63,069 nucleotides of DNA, filler included, from Reticulomyxa filosa (GCA_000512085.1; 21 parts of 21 records of this genome joined end to end with filler, not necessarily neighbours in it), one strand, 5' to 3'; numbered from the whole stretch's first letter, positions 24,821 through 38,934 are shown. Program-made: numbers and translations. Notes: generated by a model from the letters alone, not told the origin.

Positions 24821-27540
24821 TAAGAAAATGGATCAAACAGAATTTCGTTTCAATGAATTCTGAGTGTGATATTTTTTTTTCTCATTAATTCTTGTGTTCT
24901 TTAATAGATATTTCAAAACAGAATTAAGAGAATATAAGTTACTTATTAGTTTTCAATTTTTGTCAATGAAAAAGAAAAACAATTTCTAAACTTCAAATAC
25001 AGAAATTAAGTTTTATAAAAAGTGTGATAAATGTGCTAATATTTGATGGAGTATAATTACATTTTAAAGTTTAGTTTATAAGGTTGGATGTAGAAAAAAT
25101 AATTGCTTATGTTAAGGGGATACCATTTATAATTTATTTTTTTTTGTTTTACAAAGTCACAATAAGGAAATGAATTAATATATATTATTTTAAAATTTAT
25201 GTACCACACTTTTTTTTTGGAAGAATAATAATTCAATGAAGCCATTTATTGAAATTATTGTGCAAAAAGTGTTTGATAAGGCTAGGTTTTACTCGTTCAT
25301 TTTGAACTGCAGTGCAAGAGTTGCAAAAAAAAAGTGAAGACAACAAAGAAGAAAAAGAAAAAGCGATGCCGATGTAACAATGAGGCCGAAAGTATCTCTA
25401 CGAATAAAGAGGAAGAAGAGTTTCAAAGAAAAAAATTGGAACTGAAAGTACAAAATATCTTGAAATATATTGATATTCGTCTATCCAAAATGCAAGAAAA
25501 GCATCGAGTGCATTACAATTCAAGATTTGAAAATACGTTGGAAAGTTTGAGCACATTTTTCAATACTGTCTGTTTTGAGGTGTTTTTTATATTTTTTGCA
25601 ACTAATTCAGACAAAATTACGCAATAAAGACACAACGTAATTTTTGAGCATATCTGCATGAAGTGGAGATCTGAAAATACAACANNNNNNNNNNNNNNNN
25701 NNNNNNNNNNNNNNNNNNNNNNNNNNNNTTAATTAATTAANNNNNNNNNNNNNNNNNNNNNNNNNNNNNNNNNNNNNNNNNNNNAAGATTATTGCTGACA
25801 TACGTAGAACAATATGCAAATATGGGCACAGATGATGATGCAAAACATGTTCATTGCTATGACCATATTACCATACATTTCATCTTCAAGTCGGCTCTGA
25901 AACGGAATAACCAAATGACAAATAAAGAGCGTGAAAAGTTGATTAAACTTTAGGATATGAGGATTAAATTACATGAAATGATGACGAGAACATATCTCCA
26001 AAAGGATGGATCGATATTTTAGTATAGTAGAATATTGGCCGCACTTGTTTCAATATGTGAGCTGCAATTGCGAGAATATGAAGATTAATGAAGAAATAGA
26101 CTGCATGACGCTAAAAGAGACGAAACAATTTACAAATCAAAGAACAATAACACACAATAGAAGACAACATATATCAGATTGTGTATTGATTTGAAGATTT
26201 GGCATTTTCGTTTTTCAATAAAGAGAAATTGAGATAAAGACAGTAATTCATAATACAAAGCAATGAAAAAAAAGAACATCAAAAGTAAAAGGATAGATAC
26301 GTTGATAAAAAAGATGAATTGACGAAAATTGAAATAAGTGAATATATTCCAAACATTCAACATGCACGATAATCGCAAAAGGAGAGATGGAAAACAGCAA
26401 CAGAATACAAGTTTCCTCATCAAAAGATCATCACAACAAATTTGACAAAAAAATACGATTACCATTTTTTAACATTCCGAATATTTTGTTATTTGAAAAT
26501 ATATTGGATTAAAACAAGAAGAGGCAAGTCAGACGCGATTAACAAGAGTACAACATTCAAACAAGTATATGGACTCAAAAATTCCTCGAGAAAAAATGCT
26601 GACATTGCTTTGTCTCTTTTCTTATTATTCCCTTTGTCTATGTAAAGTAATATTTACTGATCAATGATTTTGACTCCTAGTTTTTTTCTTCTTTATATTC
26701 AATTGTAGGAGCTCAAAAATGACAGTTGTAATGTATGGATCGTGTGCAAATTGTGGTTGTGCGATTTTTCACACATTTTTATCAACACTCAATCTTTCGA
26801 AAATACAAAAATCGCTTTTTAACATGCTGCTGTCTTTACTTTCAGTAATGAAACTATTTTGATCAGTTATTTGGCTCTAATATGACTCACTACTGAGATT
26901 GTATAAATTATTCTATTGTGGTTTTTCATTTCTTAATTTTAAATTGATATTGGCAATTTTAACTTTTTAGATGTATAATTGAATTATATTCAAAACACTG
27001 ATTTATCAAAATTAAACAAATAAAAGTTATATCTTTCATATTAAATAAAGTAAATAAATATGTCCAATCTCTTTCGATGATAGAAATAGTTTGGAGTATT
27101 TATTTTGTTCCTTTTTCTTTGTATGTAGCCTAGTTTCAGTGCATGAGATTAACGGAGAAAAAAATGACATTATTCATTCTTGTTTACTTTGGTACGATTA
27201 TATATTGGTGTAAAGAAATTGTGATAAAATATGGAATTACCTTTTTATGGTTTGTATACTTGCGACTGCAAATTTCAAAGTGGAATTTGAACAAAATGAC
27301 CACAAAAAAAGTTGGTGTTTCAATAAAAAATAAACGTACAAAATTAAGAAAGAGAAGATGCTCGTTGATTGAATGAGATTTATTGAAAGGAACTGTTTTT
27401 ATCCATCGATTATCCACTCGCGCCAAAACAGAATCCAATANNNNNNNNNNNNNNNNNNNNNNNNNNNNNNNNNNNNNNNNNNNNTTAATTAATTAANNNN
27501 NNNNNNNNNNNNNNNNNNNNNNNNNNNNNNNNNNNNNNNN

Positions 27541-27880
27541 AAGATAATTGATTTTCTCCATGAAAAATAAATATTTATTTGTAGTGTGCTTGACTTAAAT
27601 ACATTTTAATTCATTAAATATGATAGTTTACCAACTAACAGTACATTGTATAATTGCTTTGTGTGTTAATGATATCATCTTGTTCTTTGATGGATGGAAT
27701 AACGATAAGAATATTGCTTCAAAATTAGTGCATAAATATTCAATTCAAGAAAACAAATAGATGACATTTGAAAACACTTTATCCAGTCAGTTGATTGATT
27801 GTTGCAGTACTGAGTAAGTAAAGATAAAATTAGGATGGATCGATGATTTTGATAAAATCATTTTCAAATATAGTATAATG
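27541..27880 (+). pseudogene. Kelch-like family pseudogene, C-terminal part
   Basis: LFFDGWNN...SKLVHKYSIQENK*MTFENTL...KIKLGWIDDFDKIIFKY. Paralogous to 24405-24820. Confidence 0.65.
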
Positions 27881-28054
27881 TTTACAAATCAAATATAGTT
27901 CGTTTCTTCTATCCAATGGGAATATTAAATTAATACAATTCTATTTTTATGCGTTTTGAAAAGTCCCTATATTGTTCTAAAAAAAAAAGTTCAAATATTT
28001 TCCATTTACGTCAGTAAAGACAACGTCAAGCGAAAAAACAAAAAGATCAAAAAA

Positions 28055-29424
28055 ATGACAACTTCTGACAATGAAAAACAAGTTTCAACACGACTGACAG
28101 TGGTAAGCTTTATTTCAAGTTCCAAAAAGTTAGTTGTTCTTAGGTTTTTTGTGTATGTTATTAAAGAGGTCAAAAGAAGAAGAAGTTCAAACAATTATTC
28201 AATATTGGATTCGAACATTAAATATTAAATTAGGATGGATCCATGACCTTGAAAAACTTGTTGCCAATTATGTTATGTTTCATTTATAATATATTTTCAT
28301 TATCATAATCATAATTTTAACATAGGCAACTACTGTTTTTATAATTGATACGTTTTGTTCATCATCCAAATTACTTAAAACACTCACTGGGCATACTAGC
28401 TATGTGTACAGTATTGATCACTCAACATTCGATGGTGGACAATTCATTTGTTCAGGATCAGGTGATAAAACAGCTCGTGTATGGGATGTTGATAACAACA
28501 AACAAATCCAATTATTCAATGGACATTCAAGTTATGTGTATTGTGTGAGATTTTCAAAATATCATTACCATAATTATCGTCAAAATATCATTTGTTCTTC
28601 ATCATATGATAATACCATTCGCTTTTGGAATATCAAATAATCAACAATTGCAAGTATTTAATGAACACACTTCATGGATTAATGTAATTGAATTTTCATC
28701 ATTTAATGGTGGTAGATATTTATGTTCTGGATCAGGTGACAAAACAATTCGTTTATGGGATGTTGAAACATCAAAATCATTACATGTTTTTAATGGACAT
28801 GAAAGTATTGTTCATTGTGTGGATACTTCACCATTACAAAGTAATAACAATAATAATGAAAGTAATAGTATTGGTGTGATTGGTGGAAATGGATATACAA
28901 TTTGTTCTGGATCATATGATACAACCATTCGAATATGGGATATTGAAACAACAAAACAATTTATTGTATTTAGAGGACATAAAGGAATAGTAAGTGGTGT
29001 AAAATATGGATCAAATGAAATAGGAATTAATTGTAGTCCATATACAATATTATCTGGATCAGATGATAAAAGTGTCCGTTTGTGGGATATTCGATCTGAG
29101 CAACAAATTCAAGTGTTTAATGGACACACAGGTAGTGTGCATGCTGTTGAATATTCACCATTTGTAATAAAGGATAGTAATGAAGGTATTGATGATATTT
29201 CAAATGTGATATGTTCAGGATCAGGAGATAATACAATTCGATTTTGGGATATTCGATCAAATAAGAAGGAATTATATTTGATCAAAGGGGATAATGGAAT
29301 AAGAAGTCTTACATTTATGCCATTAAAAAAGAAAATAAATAATAACGAACAAAAATTAAGTGATGCTCATGGTATTCATTTATGTTATGGCTCATATAAT
29401 GGTTTGATTCGTGTTTGGGGATGA
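28055..29424 (+). CDS. Expanded-family WD40-repeat protein; one frameshift at ~28635 (pseudogene or sequencing error)
   Basis: Exons ~28055-28102, 28167-28271 and 28326-29424. About 7 repeats of GH...CSGS.DKTIRLWD. Frame break at TGGAATATCAAATAATCAA. Confidence 0.85.
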
Positions 29425-30650
29425 GCATATGTAATTTTTGCAAAGTGAAAAGACGTATAAAATTTGTTGATTTCCTTATTTTGATTTATTTTTAAACTTG
29501 AGATGCTATTTGATTTATTTTTTGCTCAGGAATACCTTGACAATAAAGCAGATTTTTGTAACAAATCGACTGTTAAATTCTCAAATCAAATAACGTATAA
29601 TGATAAGCAAATTAACAAAAAAAATAAATCTCATAGTGAAAAAACAATGTATCGACATAAAAAAAGGGCGTTAAAAAAACGATGACATTACACCAAGAGT
29701 TTTTTGTATGATCATTTTTGTTCTAAAAATTTTACCCATTCATAAAAAAATTCGCAATAAAAAAAATCCTAATGTTGCTTAAAAAATCTACTCCAAAAAA
29801 TTTTTTAAAATTCTCGTGTATAAAAAAAACTCTTTATGTTTCTTAATTTGTCAATACGTTCTTTTGCACACAATATTACTCGAAATGAACTGTTGCAATA
29901 TTAATACATGTAATAGTCTATCGCATTTTTTTAATTTTGGAATTTTTTATTTTTTAAAGTAAAAAGTGTTTTGCATATACGATAATTGATGTATTTAATG
30001 TTTCTCTTTGAAAAAACTAAATAAAAAATTTTAAAAAAAACTCATCACAATTTTCAAAACTATTGCATATTTGCAATTCTATTTGATAAATCAAAATAGA
30101 AAATTTATTTCGATCAAATTTGTCAATAATCTTAAATTTGCACAAACAAACAAATGTAAAATATTTTGATGAACATTTTGTTTCATTGTGTTATTTATAT
30201 ATTACAATGACATTCTTTTTGTGCATAAATTTCATTTATATATTTATATACTTAGTGTGCCAGAAATAAGCATATGCATAACACATTTTATAATTTTTTT
30301 TTTTGAAATAGTAAATTTATTTATTAGCAAAATGCTGTGAATATCATTCCAAATTTTGGACATCAAATATTTGTTTTAAATTATTATTGTTCAATCCATT
30401 TAAAAATAAATTTTGTATTTATTTTTCTTGACTTTTCTTCAAAAACATTTTAATGATGTTCTCCTTGGCAAATATACAATATCTTTCACCAACCATGAAA
30501 GAGAAAAATGATATTAAAATACCGAAACACAAGATTTGAACAAAAAAAAATTTGACAGAAAAAGACTTTTGGTTCACGGACACATTGTGTTGTTCGCAAC
30601 ATCTAAAAGCAAAAAGAAGGAATCCAGTCAAGAACAGAGCCTGCTTACAA

Positions 30651-33600
30651 ATGGAGCAACTTATTCCGGTTAGTGAAATATATTTATACAATTCAAGACT
30701 GCCGAGGGACGGGATTGTGTGAGCAGCAGGAGAAGAAGGAAGGGGAGAGTAAGCGGAAGGAAAAAAGCCTCACAACAAACAATGATAAATGTAGATAATC
30801 AACAAGTTGCAGGATGTGTTTACCACGTTGGGACATCAGCCGATTGACCTACCACAGATTGCAGTGGTGGGCAGTCAAGTATGATCACATTAAAAAAAAA
30901 ACCAGAAAATTGCCAGGAATTTCGAACATCCAAAAAAAAAAATTGTATGTATGTGTATATAAAATTAGAGTGTGGGGAAGAGTTCAGTGTTGGAGAATAT
31001 AGTAGGACGTGACTTTTTGCCAAGAGGAACGGACATAGTGACGCGTCGGCCATTGATATTGCAATTGATAAATACATCCAAGCCTCGTCCAAGCACAAGT
31101 AGTAGCGACGACGAGAAAAGTGAGCAATTAATAACATCATCACAGTCATCATCATTACAATCACCATCACAACAATCATCATCAACACAATCATTATTGA
31201 GTGAATCAAGCGAAGCGAACTTGGAATGGGGCGAGTTTCTGCATATAAAAAACAAGCGTTTCTACGACTTTAATGACATCCGAAAAGAGATTGAAAAGGA
31301 GACGGACCGTGTGGCTCCGAGCAAAGCGGTGAGCGAAGAGCCGATAAGCCTGAAGATTTACTCGCCAAAGGTGTTGAATCTGACATTGGTGGACCTGCCG
31401 GGACTGACCAAAGTAGCAGTGGGGAATCAGCCGGAAAACATTGAACAGATCATTGGAGACCTGGTGTACTCATTCATCAAGCGTCCCAAGTGCTTGATCT
31501 TGGCGGTGAGTGCAGCCACGAGTGACTTGGCCACGAGTGATGGATTACAAATGGCATTGCGTATCGACCCAAAGGGTGTGCGTACTCTAGGCGTGATTAC
31601 CAAGCTGGATTTGATGGACCAAGGCACCGACGCAATGAAGGTGTTGAATGGTGAGGTCATCCCTTTGCAATTGGGATATGTCGGTGTCATCAATCGCAGT
31701 CAGCAGAATATCAATGACCAGTTGCACATCACCGACGCGCTGAAGAATGAAGAACGCTTCTTTAAGAATCATCCGGCATATCGCAATATTGCACACTTGT
31801 GTGGCATACCCTATCTTGCCAAGAGGCTCAATCAAATACTCATCAACCATATCAAAGCGTCGCTCCCGCTGCTCAAAGACGAAATCAACAAGAGCATCGC
31901 CGACATGCAGAACGAACTAGCGTCCTATGGGGAACCCTTTTCGGCAAAGGAAAAAAACAAGGGCGCTCTGCTGCTTCAACTCATTAGCAAGTTCAGTGAT
32001 AACTTCAACTCCGCAATTGACGGCAGTGGGGTTATGATGCTGTCCAGACATAACAATAACAATTTCTCTTCTTCGTCGTCGTCTGGGTTTTCAAATGACT
32101 TGTCCGTTGGGTCCAAACACTCGAGTAATGCCACTGGAGACTTGTTCGGGGGCGCTCGCATTCTATACATCTTCCGCACTGAGTTCCAAAAGAATCTTTC
32201 CTTTGTCAAACCCTTTGACGAACTCTCCGATGACTTCATTCTCAATTCCATGCGAAACGCCAGTGGCATTCGCTCCAGCCTTTTCATCCCTGAAATGTGC
32301 TTTGAAAATTTGGTCAAAATCCAAGTTCAGCTTTATCCTATCCTATCCTTACTTGCTCTATCTTTTTTTTTTCAAGTGTAGGATATGACACATGTGAGTG
32401 ACAGTATATAACAAATAAACAACTTCAACCAACAGATTGAAAAACTTCGTCGGCCATGTATCAATTGTGTAGAAATGGTGTTTGAGGAATTAAAGCGAAT
32501 CAATGGACAATGTCAAACCTCAAGTTTAAAAAAAAAAACAATATACATATATGTATATTTGTTAGATTGGAATAATACGTATACTACATTACATAATATA
32601 TATATGTTATGTGTATGTATACCACAACAGGACATTGGCCGCTTTCCAAAGTTCCGCTCGGCGCTGAGCGACTGTGTGATTGACATGCTGAAGAAGCACT
32701 TGGAGCCTTGTCGCGTGTTTGTGAACCAATTGATTGATATTGAATTGGCTTACATCAATACCAACCATCCCGACTTTATATCGATGGACGATGTGTTCAA
32801 TGAGTTCAAAAACAACTCCAAGTCCAATGCCTCCTCTGGTGGCCAGTCGCAGCAGCAACCCCAGTTGCAATCCAGCGAACAGTTGCAAATGCAATCGTCG
32901 TCTCGGACAACACAGCTTGCAGGCACCGCCAATTTCTCGTCGAATTACACGAACGGCTCCCTCCAAAGTCAAAATCAAAGCTCCAGTTCCAATCCAAGCG
33001 CAAGCCAGGGCAGTAAAACGCAGCCGCAGCCACCGTCGGCACAACCGCCAAAAGCAAAGAAGCAGGCGGAACCTGGGTTGTTTTCCTTTGGAATGCTGGG
33101 GATGGGAGGAGGCGGTCGCGCCAATGGGCCGACCGATGACAGAAATGAACGAGAAAAGGACAAACAGTCAATGACCAGTTCGTCGGCGGACGTGCAATCA
33201 GCAAACCCTTTTGAACAAGCTTCTGTTGATCGACAAAACCCTTATCAACTCACTACTAATTCCAGTCCCTATTTTCAACCCAACCCTTCCCGTTTCCAAA
33301 ATAAACCGACTCAAAGAGAATTGCTCGAGTTGTTGGTGATCAGTTGAGAGCTTTCTTCAAATGTATATACTTTTATTTTTCTTGCAAGCGATTTTATTGC
33401 CATGTGTTTTTTTCAATACATAGAACGCTTCATACAGTCGTACTTTGAAATAGTAAAGAAAAACATTACCGATATTGTGCCCAAGTCCATCATGCAAATG
33501 CTTATAAACTTGTCCAAAGAGAGATTGCAACAATATTTGGCTTTGACACTTTACAAAGAAGATAAATTTGAAGATTTGTTGTCTGAAAATCCGGAAATTG

Positions 33601-33701
33601 CGAAGAAAAGAAAACAAGCAAACCACTTGTTAATGGTCCTTAGAAAGGCCATGAACATCATTAATGAAGTCAATGACTACAGATCCAACCTCTCCGATTG
33701 A
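30651..33701 (+). CDS. Dynamin-related GTPase (DRP1/Dnm1-like), complete, ~6 exons
   Basis: MEQLIP|IINKLQDVF...LPQIAVVGSQ|SVGKSS (G1), LPRGTDIVTRRPL, DLPG and TKLD. Middle domain GGARI/YINTNHPDF, a low-complexity insert in place of PH, and GED SYFEIVKKNITDIVPKSIM. Confidence 0.95.
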
Positions 33702-34142
33702 GGCAATCCTAAAAAGTGCCAAAAATAGTATTAGAAAAACTGTTGGTTTAAGTATGAAAAAAAAAATCTACTAGTCGCATGCAAATCTTAATTTTTGAGA
33801 GTGTCCTTTTTTTTCCACTTGCTGGCATTTTTTTAAAATTTTTTTTTTGAAACAGCTCTTGCTCCTGTTAAAGTTTGAAGTCACTATCTTGGTACGCCGT
33901 TTTGAGATTGTAACTGCTTCAAAAATTTCTCTTTCTTTAAAGTGTGCCTCTTGCCAAACAGCCTCAAAAACACTTATATTTTTTTCCCGGTTAGGAAATG
34001 AGTAATCGAAATCACTTCCTTTCGAATATTCAATGAAAAATCTTTTTTTTTGTACAGTACCAGTGGTGAAAGCTGCACCTAATTAGCTTAAAATTTTCAA
34101 AAATGTTAATAATAATATAGCTTAAAAAGTTAAATAGACACT

Positions 34143-34810
34143 CAATAAAAGAAACAAATGGATAAAAAATTATCTATGTACTCGTAAGTGCCTCGCAAAA
34201 GCTTGCAAGCACAGAAAAACAAAAGCCAATAAAAAGAGAAATAGTTTGAAACTGAAAAAGCAGACTAAAATCAAAACAACCACCCACCCCAACAACCTCC
34301 TATCTGCAAATATCCTCACTTTGCCATACATCCAATGTTTTTTGTATTCACTATCCGGAATTCGTAACGCAGTGCAAGTGATTTTTTTAACAACAGTTTG
34401 GTCCAGTATTTCCATCTTCTGCACAACATATTTCAATTCAAACGGTACCAATGGCATCTTCCAAGGATCTTTCGCATCACTATCACCCAAAACGTTTTTC
34501 AAAAACCGAGGATGGACATTCCTTACTTTCACGCTCTGTCCAATATCTGCATTATTTTTTTTTGTATTGTTTCACTATTTTCCCCTTGAAACAAAGAAGG
34601 CAAGTATGTACCTGACTTAAATATGACCGAGTCATAACGTGAGCCGAGTGTATTTGACTCAGTAGTCTTTTGTGGCGTGACCATCGCACTACAATGTAAA
34701 GCACTTTCTTTGATCTGTTGCAAAAGACAATCCCATCAAAACAAGGTGGGTTTTTTTCCCTTCCACATATGTATACACACAGTGACAAGTATTTTCAATT
34801 TTTTTTTTTT
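34143..34810 (-). CDS. Hypothetical protein, 3' fragment, multi-exon
   Basis: Protein-like exons (PPCFDGIVFCNRSKK..., VRNVHPRFLKNVLG...HWMYGK|LLRGTYEY) are bounded by GT-AG sites. Confidence 0.45.
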
Positions 34811-34910
34811 NNNNNNNNNNNNNNNNNNNNNNNNNNNNNNNNNNNNNNNNNNNNTTAATTAATTAANNNNNNNNNNNNNNNNNNNNNNNNNNNNNNNNNN
34901 NNNNNNNNNN

Positions 34911-35630
34911 TTCTCACCATTTAATGGTGGTAGATATTTGTGTTCTGGATCATCTGACACAACTATTCGCTTATGGGATGTTGAAACATCCAAATCATTA
35001 CATGTTTTCAATGGACATGAAGATTCTGTCTGGTGTGTCGATATTTCGCCACTACAAAGCAATAGCAATGATAAAAGTAATAATATTGGTGTGATTGGTG
35101 GTAATGGATATTCCATTTGTTCGGGATCATGGGATAATTCCATTCGAATATGGGATATTGAAACAACCAAACAATCCATTATACTCGAAGGACATGAGTA
35201 TTGGATTATGAGCGTAAAATATGGATCAAATGAGTTAGGAAATATTGGTGGTGCAAATACAATATTATCTGGATCATATGATAACAGTATTCGTTTGTGG
35301 GATATTCGATCTGGTGAACAAATTCAAATGTTTAATGGACATATAAGTGGTGTGAATGCTGTTGAATACTCACCATTCATAGTAAATAATATTGAAATTG
35401 GTGGTAGTTCAAATGTGATATGTTCGGCATCAAGAGATAATACAATCTGTTTTTGGGATATTCGATCAAATAAGAAGGAATTATATGTGATGAATGGAAA
35501 TGATGGAGATTATGGAATATATTGTCTTAAATTCCAACAACCAAGAAAGAACAAAAAAAGAAATAATGATAGTGGATGGATTAATTTGTGTTATGGTTCA
35601 AAAAGGGGTTCAATTTATATGTGGGGATAA
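34911..35630 (+). CDS. Expanded-family WD40-repeat protein, 5' truncated
   Basis: FSPFNGGRYLCSGSSDTTIRLWDVETSKSLHVFNGH... is a close paralogue of 28606-29424. Confidence 0.9.
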   Translation, partial: FSPFNGGRYLCSGSSDTTIRLWDVETSKSLHVFNGHEDSVWCVDISPLQSNSNDKSNNIGVIGGNGYSICSGSWDNSIRIWDIETTKQSIILEGHEYWIMSVKYGSNELGNIGGANTILSGSYDNSIRLWDIRSGEQIQMFNGHISGVNAVEYSPFIVNNIEIGGSSNVICSASRDNTICFWDIRSNKKELYVMNGNDGDYGIYCLKFQQPRKNKKRNNDSGWINLCYGSKRGSIYMWG

Positions 35631-36214
35631 AATCATTTTTCTAAAAAATTTTTGAGTGGTTTGATTTAGTAAATGAAACAATTTTTTTTCACTAATTGAC
35701 ATAAAGAAAATTTGATTAAAACAAAATCAAATAATTAAATATAAAACAAACAAAAACAAAAGCAAAAACTTCAATAAAAAACTAATTAAAACCTTTTTAA
35801 AAATTAAATGTTATTTCTTCATGGAGAAAATCAGTCATCTCTATAATGTGCTGCTTTATCAACAAATTATAAAATGTACCATGTTAACTCTTTACAGAAT
35901 GCTGTTGTTAACTTTTTAAAATATTTTTTTAAACAGTTTTCTTTTGGCTCTAAAAAAATCATAAAACAGAAATTGATCTGCATATTATCAACGTAGTTTT
36001 ACTTTTTTTCTTTTAAAAAAAAGGATGATGTGATAATGTATAAATAATTTCTTATTTGAGACAATACAAAGGATTTAAATTAAAATTTTTTATGCAAAAA
36101 ATTTTTATTTTAGCACAACAAAAAATTTTGATGTTTAGTAAACTCTTTTATGGATAAAAGTTTCAAGTTTTAAATCTTGCATCATCATCAGAAAAACAAC
36201 AAAAGGTTGAAAAA

Positions 36215-37596
36215 ATGGGCCATTCTGTCAGTGGAGACATACAACTACCAGTGGTAAGCTTCCTTTCAACAAATCCTTCAGGAAATTGTTTGTCTTTAAC
36301 TTTTGATTATACGTAATTAATAGGCAAGTCTATCAGAAGAAGGAGAAATTAAAGTAATTCTTACCTATTGGATTCGAATATCAAACATCAAATTGGGATG
36401 AATCAGTGATTTTGACAGAATTGTTGCCAACTATGTTATGTTTTGTATTTCTCATTTCATGGCCAATCGAGTGTTTAAATATATATTTATTGTTATTGAA
36501 TATACATTTAGGCAATTAAAGTGTTCATGTTTGATAAATTTCGTTCATCATCTAAAATATTCAAGGTTTTAACTGGACATGAAGGTCGTGTGTGCAGTAT
36601 TGATTATTCAATGTTTGATAGTGACTATTTACTTTTTTCTGGATCAACTGATAAAACTGTTCGTGTATGGAATCCAAAGACCAACACACAAATCCGATTA
36701 TTTAAGGACACTCAAATTTTGTTAATTGTGTAAGATTTTCACCATATCATTGTTACAATAATCGTCTAAATGTCGTTTGCTCTTCATCAACTGATGGGAC
36801 TATTCGTTTTTGGGATATCAAAAACAATAAACAATTGCAAATATGCGATGAACACGCTCGTAGTGTTACGAGCATTGTGTTCTCACCATTTAATGGTGGT
36901 AGATATTTGTGTTCTGGATCTGATGATAAAACCATTGGTTTATGGGATGTCGAAACATCCAGCTCATTATGTGCTTTCAATGGACATACGTTGATTGTTC
37001 GGTGTGTGGATTTTTCACCATTGCAAAGTAATAACAATAATGATAATAAAACTACTGATATTGGTGTGATTGGCGGTAATGAATATACTATTTGTTCTAA
37101 ATCATCAGATACAACTATTCGTATATGGGATGTTAAAACGACTAAACAATTGATTTTATTTAATGGACATGAAGATTATGTGATAAGTGTAAAATATGGA
37201 TCAAATGGATTATGAAATGTCAGTTGTGTAAATACAATATTATCTGGATCAGATGATAAAAGTGTTCGTTTGTGGGATATTCGATCTGGTGAACAAGTTC
37301 AAAAGTTCAATGGACATTTGTATTGTGTTATTGCTGTTGAATATTCACCGTTTACAGTGGATAATTTCGAAATTAGCGGTAGTTCAAATGTAATATGTTC
37401 TGCATCAGTTGATAGTACAATTCGTTTTTGGGATATTCGATCAAATAAGAAGGAATTATATATACTCAATGAACAAGAAAATGGAGTATGTTGTTTTAAA
37501 TTTTTACAATTAAAAAACAACATAAAAAGCAAGAATGATAGTGTTGTTCATTTGTTTTATGGTTCAGCTAATGGTCTAATTTATGTCAGAAGATAA
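36215..37596 (+). pseudogene. Expanded-family WD40 pseudogene
   Basis: Same exon layout as the 28055 gene. In-frame TGA at ~36399 (KLG*ISDF) and 37213, plus a frameshift near 36705-36720. Confidence 0.85.
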
Positions 37597-38934
37597 TCTC
37601 ATTTTTTTCATAATAAAAAAATTTTTCTAGTGGTTTGATTCCTTTGAGTGAATTAAATAAAACAATTTTTCCCCATTTAGCGCACCTATTAAAAGCGTTA
37701 CAAAAAAATTTTAGTAGAGTTTTTTGCTTCAAAATCCTTTTTTTTTTTAGCAAAAAAACCCTTTGGAAATCTTAATTGATACTATTTTACAAAAATGTCT
37801 TTTTATAAGGCGTATNNNNNNNNNNNNNNNNNNNNNNNNNNNNNNNNNNNNNNNNNNNNTTAATTAATTAANNNNNNNNNNNNNNNNNNNNNNNNNNNNN
37901 NNNNNNNNNNNNNNNTTGTATGGAACTGAGGAGCTCCCTTTGGTTAAACTTCCTCAGTTAACTATTTCTTACTTCCTTGTCTTTTCTTACCTTCCTTTTG
38001 TCATTAATTCTCTTTAATTTACTTTCCTTTTATTGAAATTGTTCTTTTGGAACTAAGTTCCTTTCGTATTACATTTAGTACGATTCTCCACAGCAGACTC
38101 CCCACAATATTGAAATAATTAGTAAATATAAATTAAAAATGATATTTAAAAAGTACATGATTTGTAGATATTTTTTTTTAAATAAAAAAAAATTATGTTG
38201 TCCTTTCGTGTAGAAAATCAATAATCTCTATAAAGTGCCATTTTATGTGTCAACTTTACTTTGCATTCTACTGTAGTATCTTATAAAGATGATCATTTTT
38301 TAAGTCAAAAATAAAATTTTTTAAATTTTTTTTAAATCAAGCGTTTCAAAATTCATTCCATTTCTTTGTCAATTACCATTTTTTATCATTTTCTAAACTT
38401 ATAAATATTTAGTACATATAACCACAACTTTAAAAACAAAAATAACTACATATTTTTTACAGTTTCGATTATTTCTATTTGTGCGATTATATGCACATCA
38501 AAAATGTTCACTTTTTATAACAAGCTAAGTGTGATTATTGAAGTAAAAAGAGGAATAACAAAATCAATGCAAAATTACAACACGTGTAGAAAAGTCATTT
38601 TGCAATAGAGTTATTGCAGTTAAAAAAAAGGAATGTAATAGATTGTCAAAAAAGATTCAAGGCTTACCGTTTTTATTGTTTTCGTTTTTTTGTTTTATTT
38701 TTTGGCAAAAAACATATGAAAAGATGAACAATAACAATTTTGCAGCCAAGTGAAAAAGCATCTACAGGTGCATGCAACCATAACACTTTTTTATTTGTTT
38801 TGAGAGCACAGTCAAAAAAAGATAAATTTTTTGGATTCGGTTGAGACCCGTACGTGAATAGTTTGTTTTTCAATGTTTGGTGTGGGAAGGGGGTTGATAC
38901 GCTAGCAAAGAAGTATAGTAACGACTTCCGTATC

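Noticed and set aside
25785-26200. Decayed coding-like sequence, possibly from a retroelement
   Set aside because: No RT or endonuclease motif could be recognised.
31427-33204. Numerous antisense and overlapping ORFs within the dynamin gene (likewise in the RING and polyQ genes)
   Set aside because: Shadow ORFs of GC-richer coding or simple-repeat sequence.
36390-37215. In-frame TGA codons as stop-codon reassignment or selenocysteine
   Set aside because: They co-occur with frameshifts in a decaying paralogue. Intact genes use TGG for Trp and TGA as a terminal stop (29424, 33701).
37916-38105. Pyrimidine-rich segment ending ...CCCCACA as a possible LTR 3' end
   Set aside because: No second LTR, PBS/PPT or gag/pol sequence in the window.
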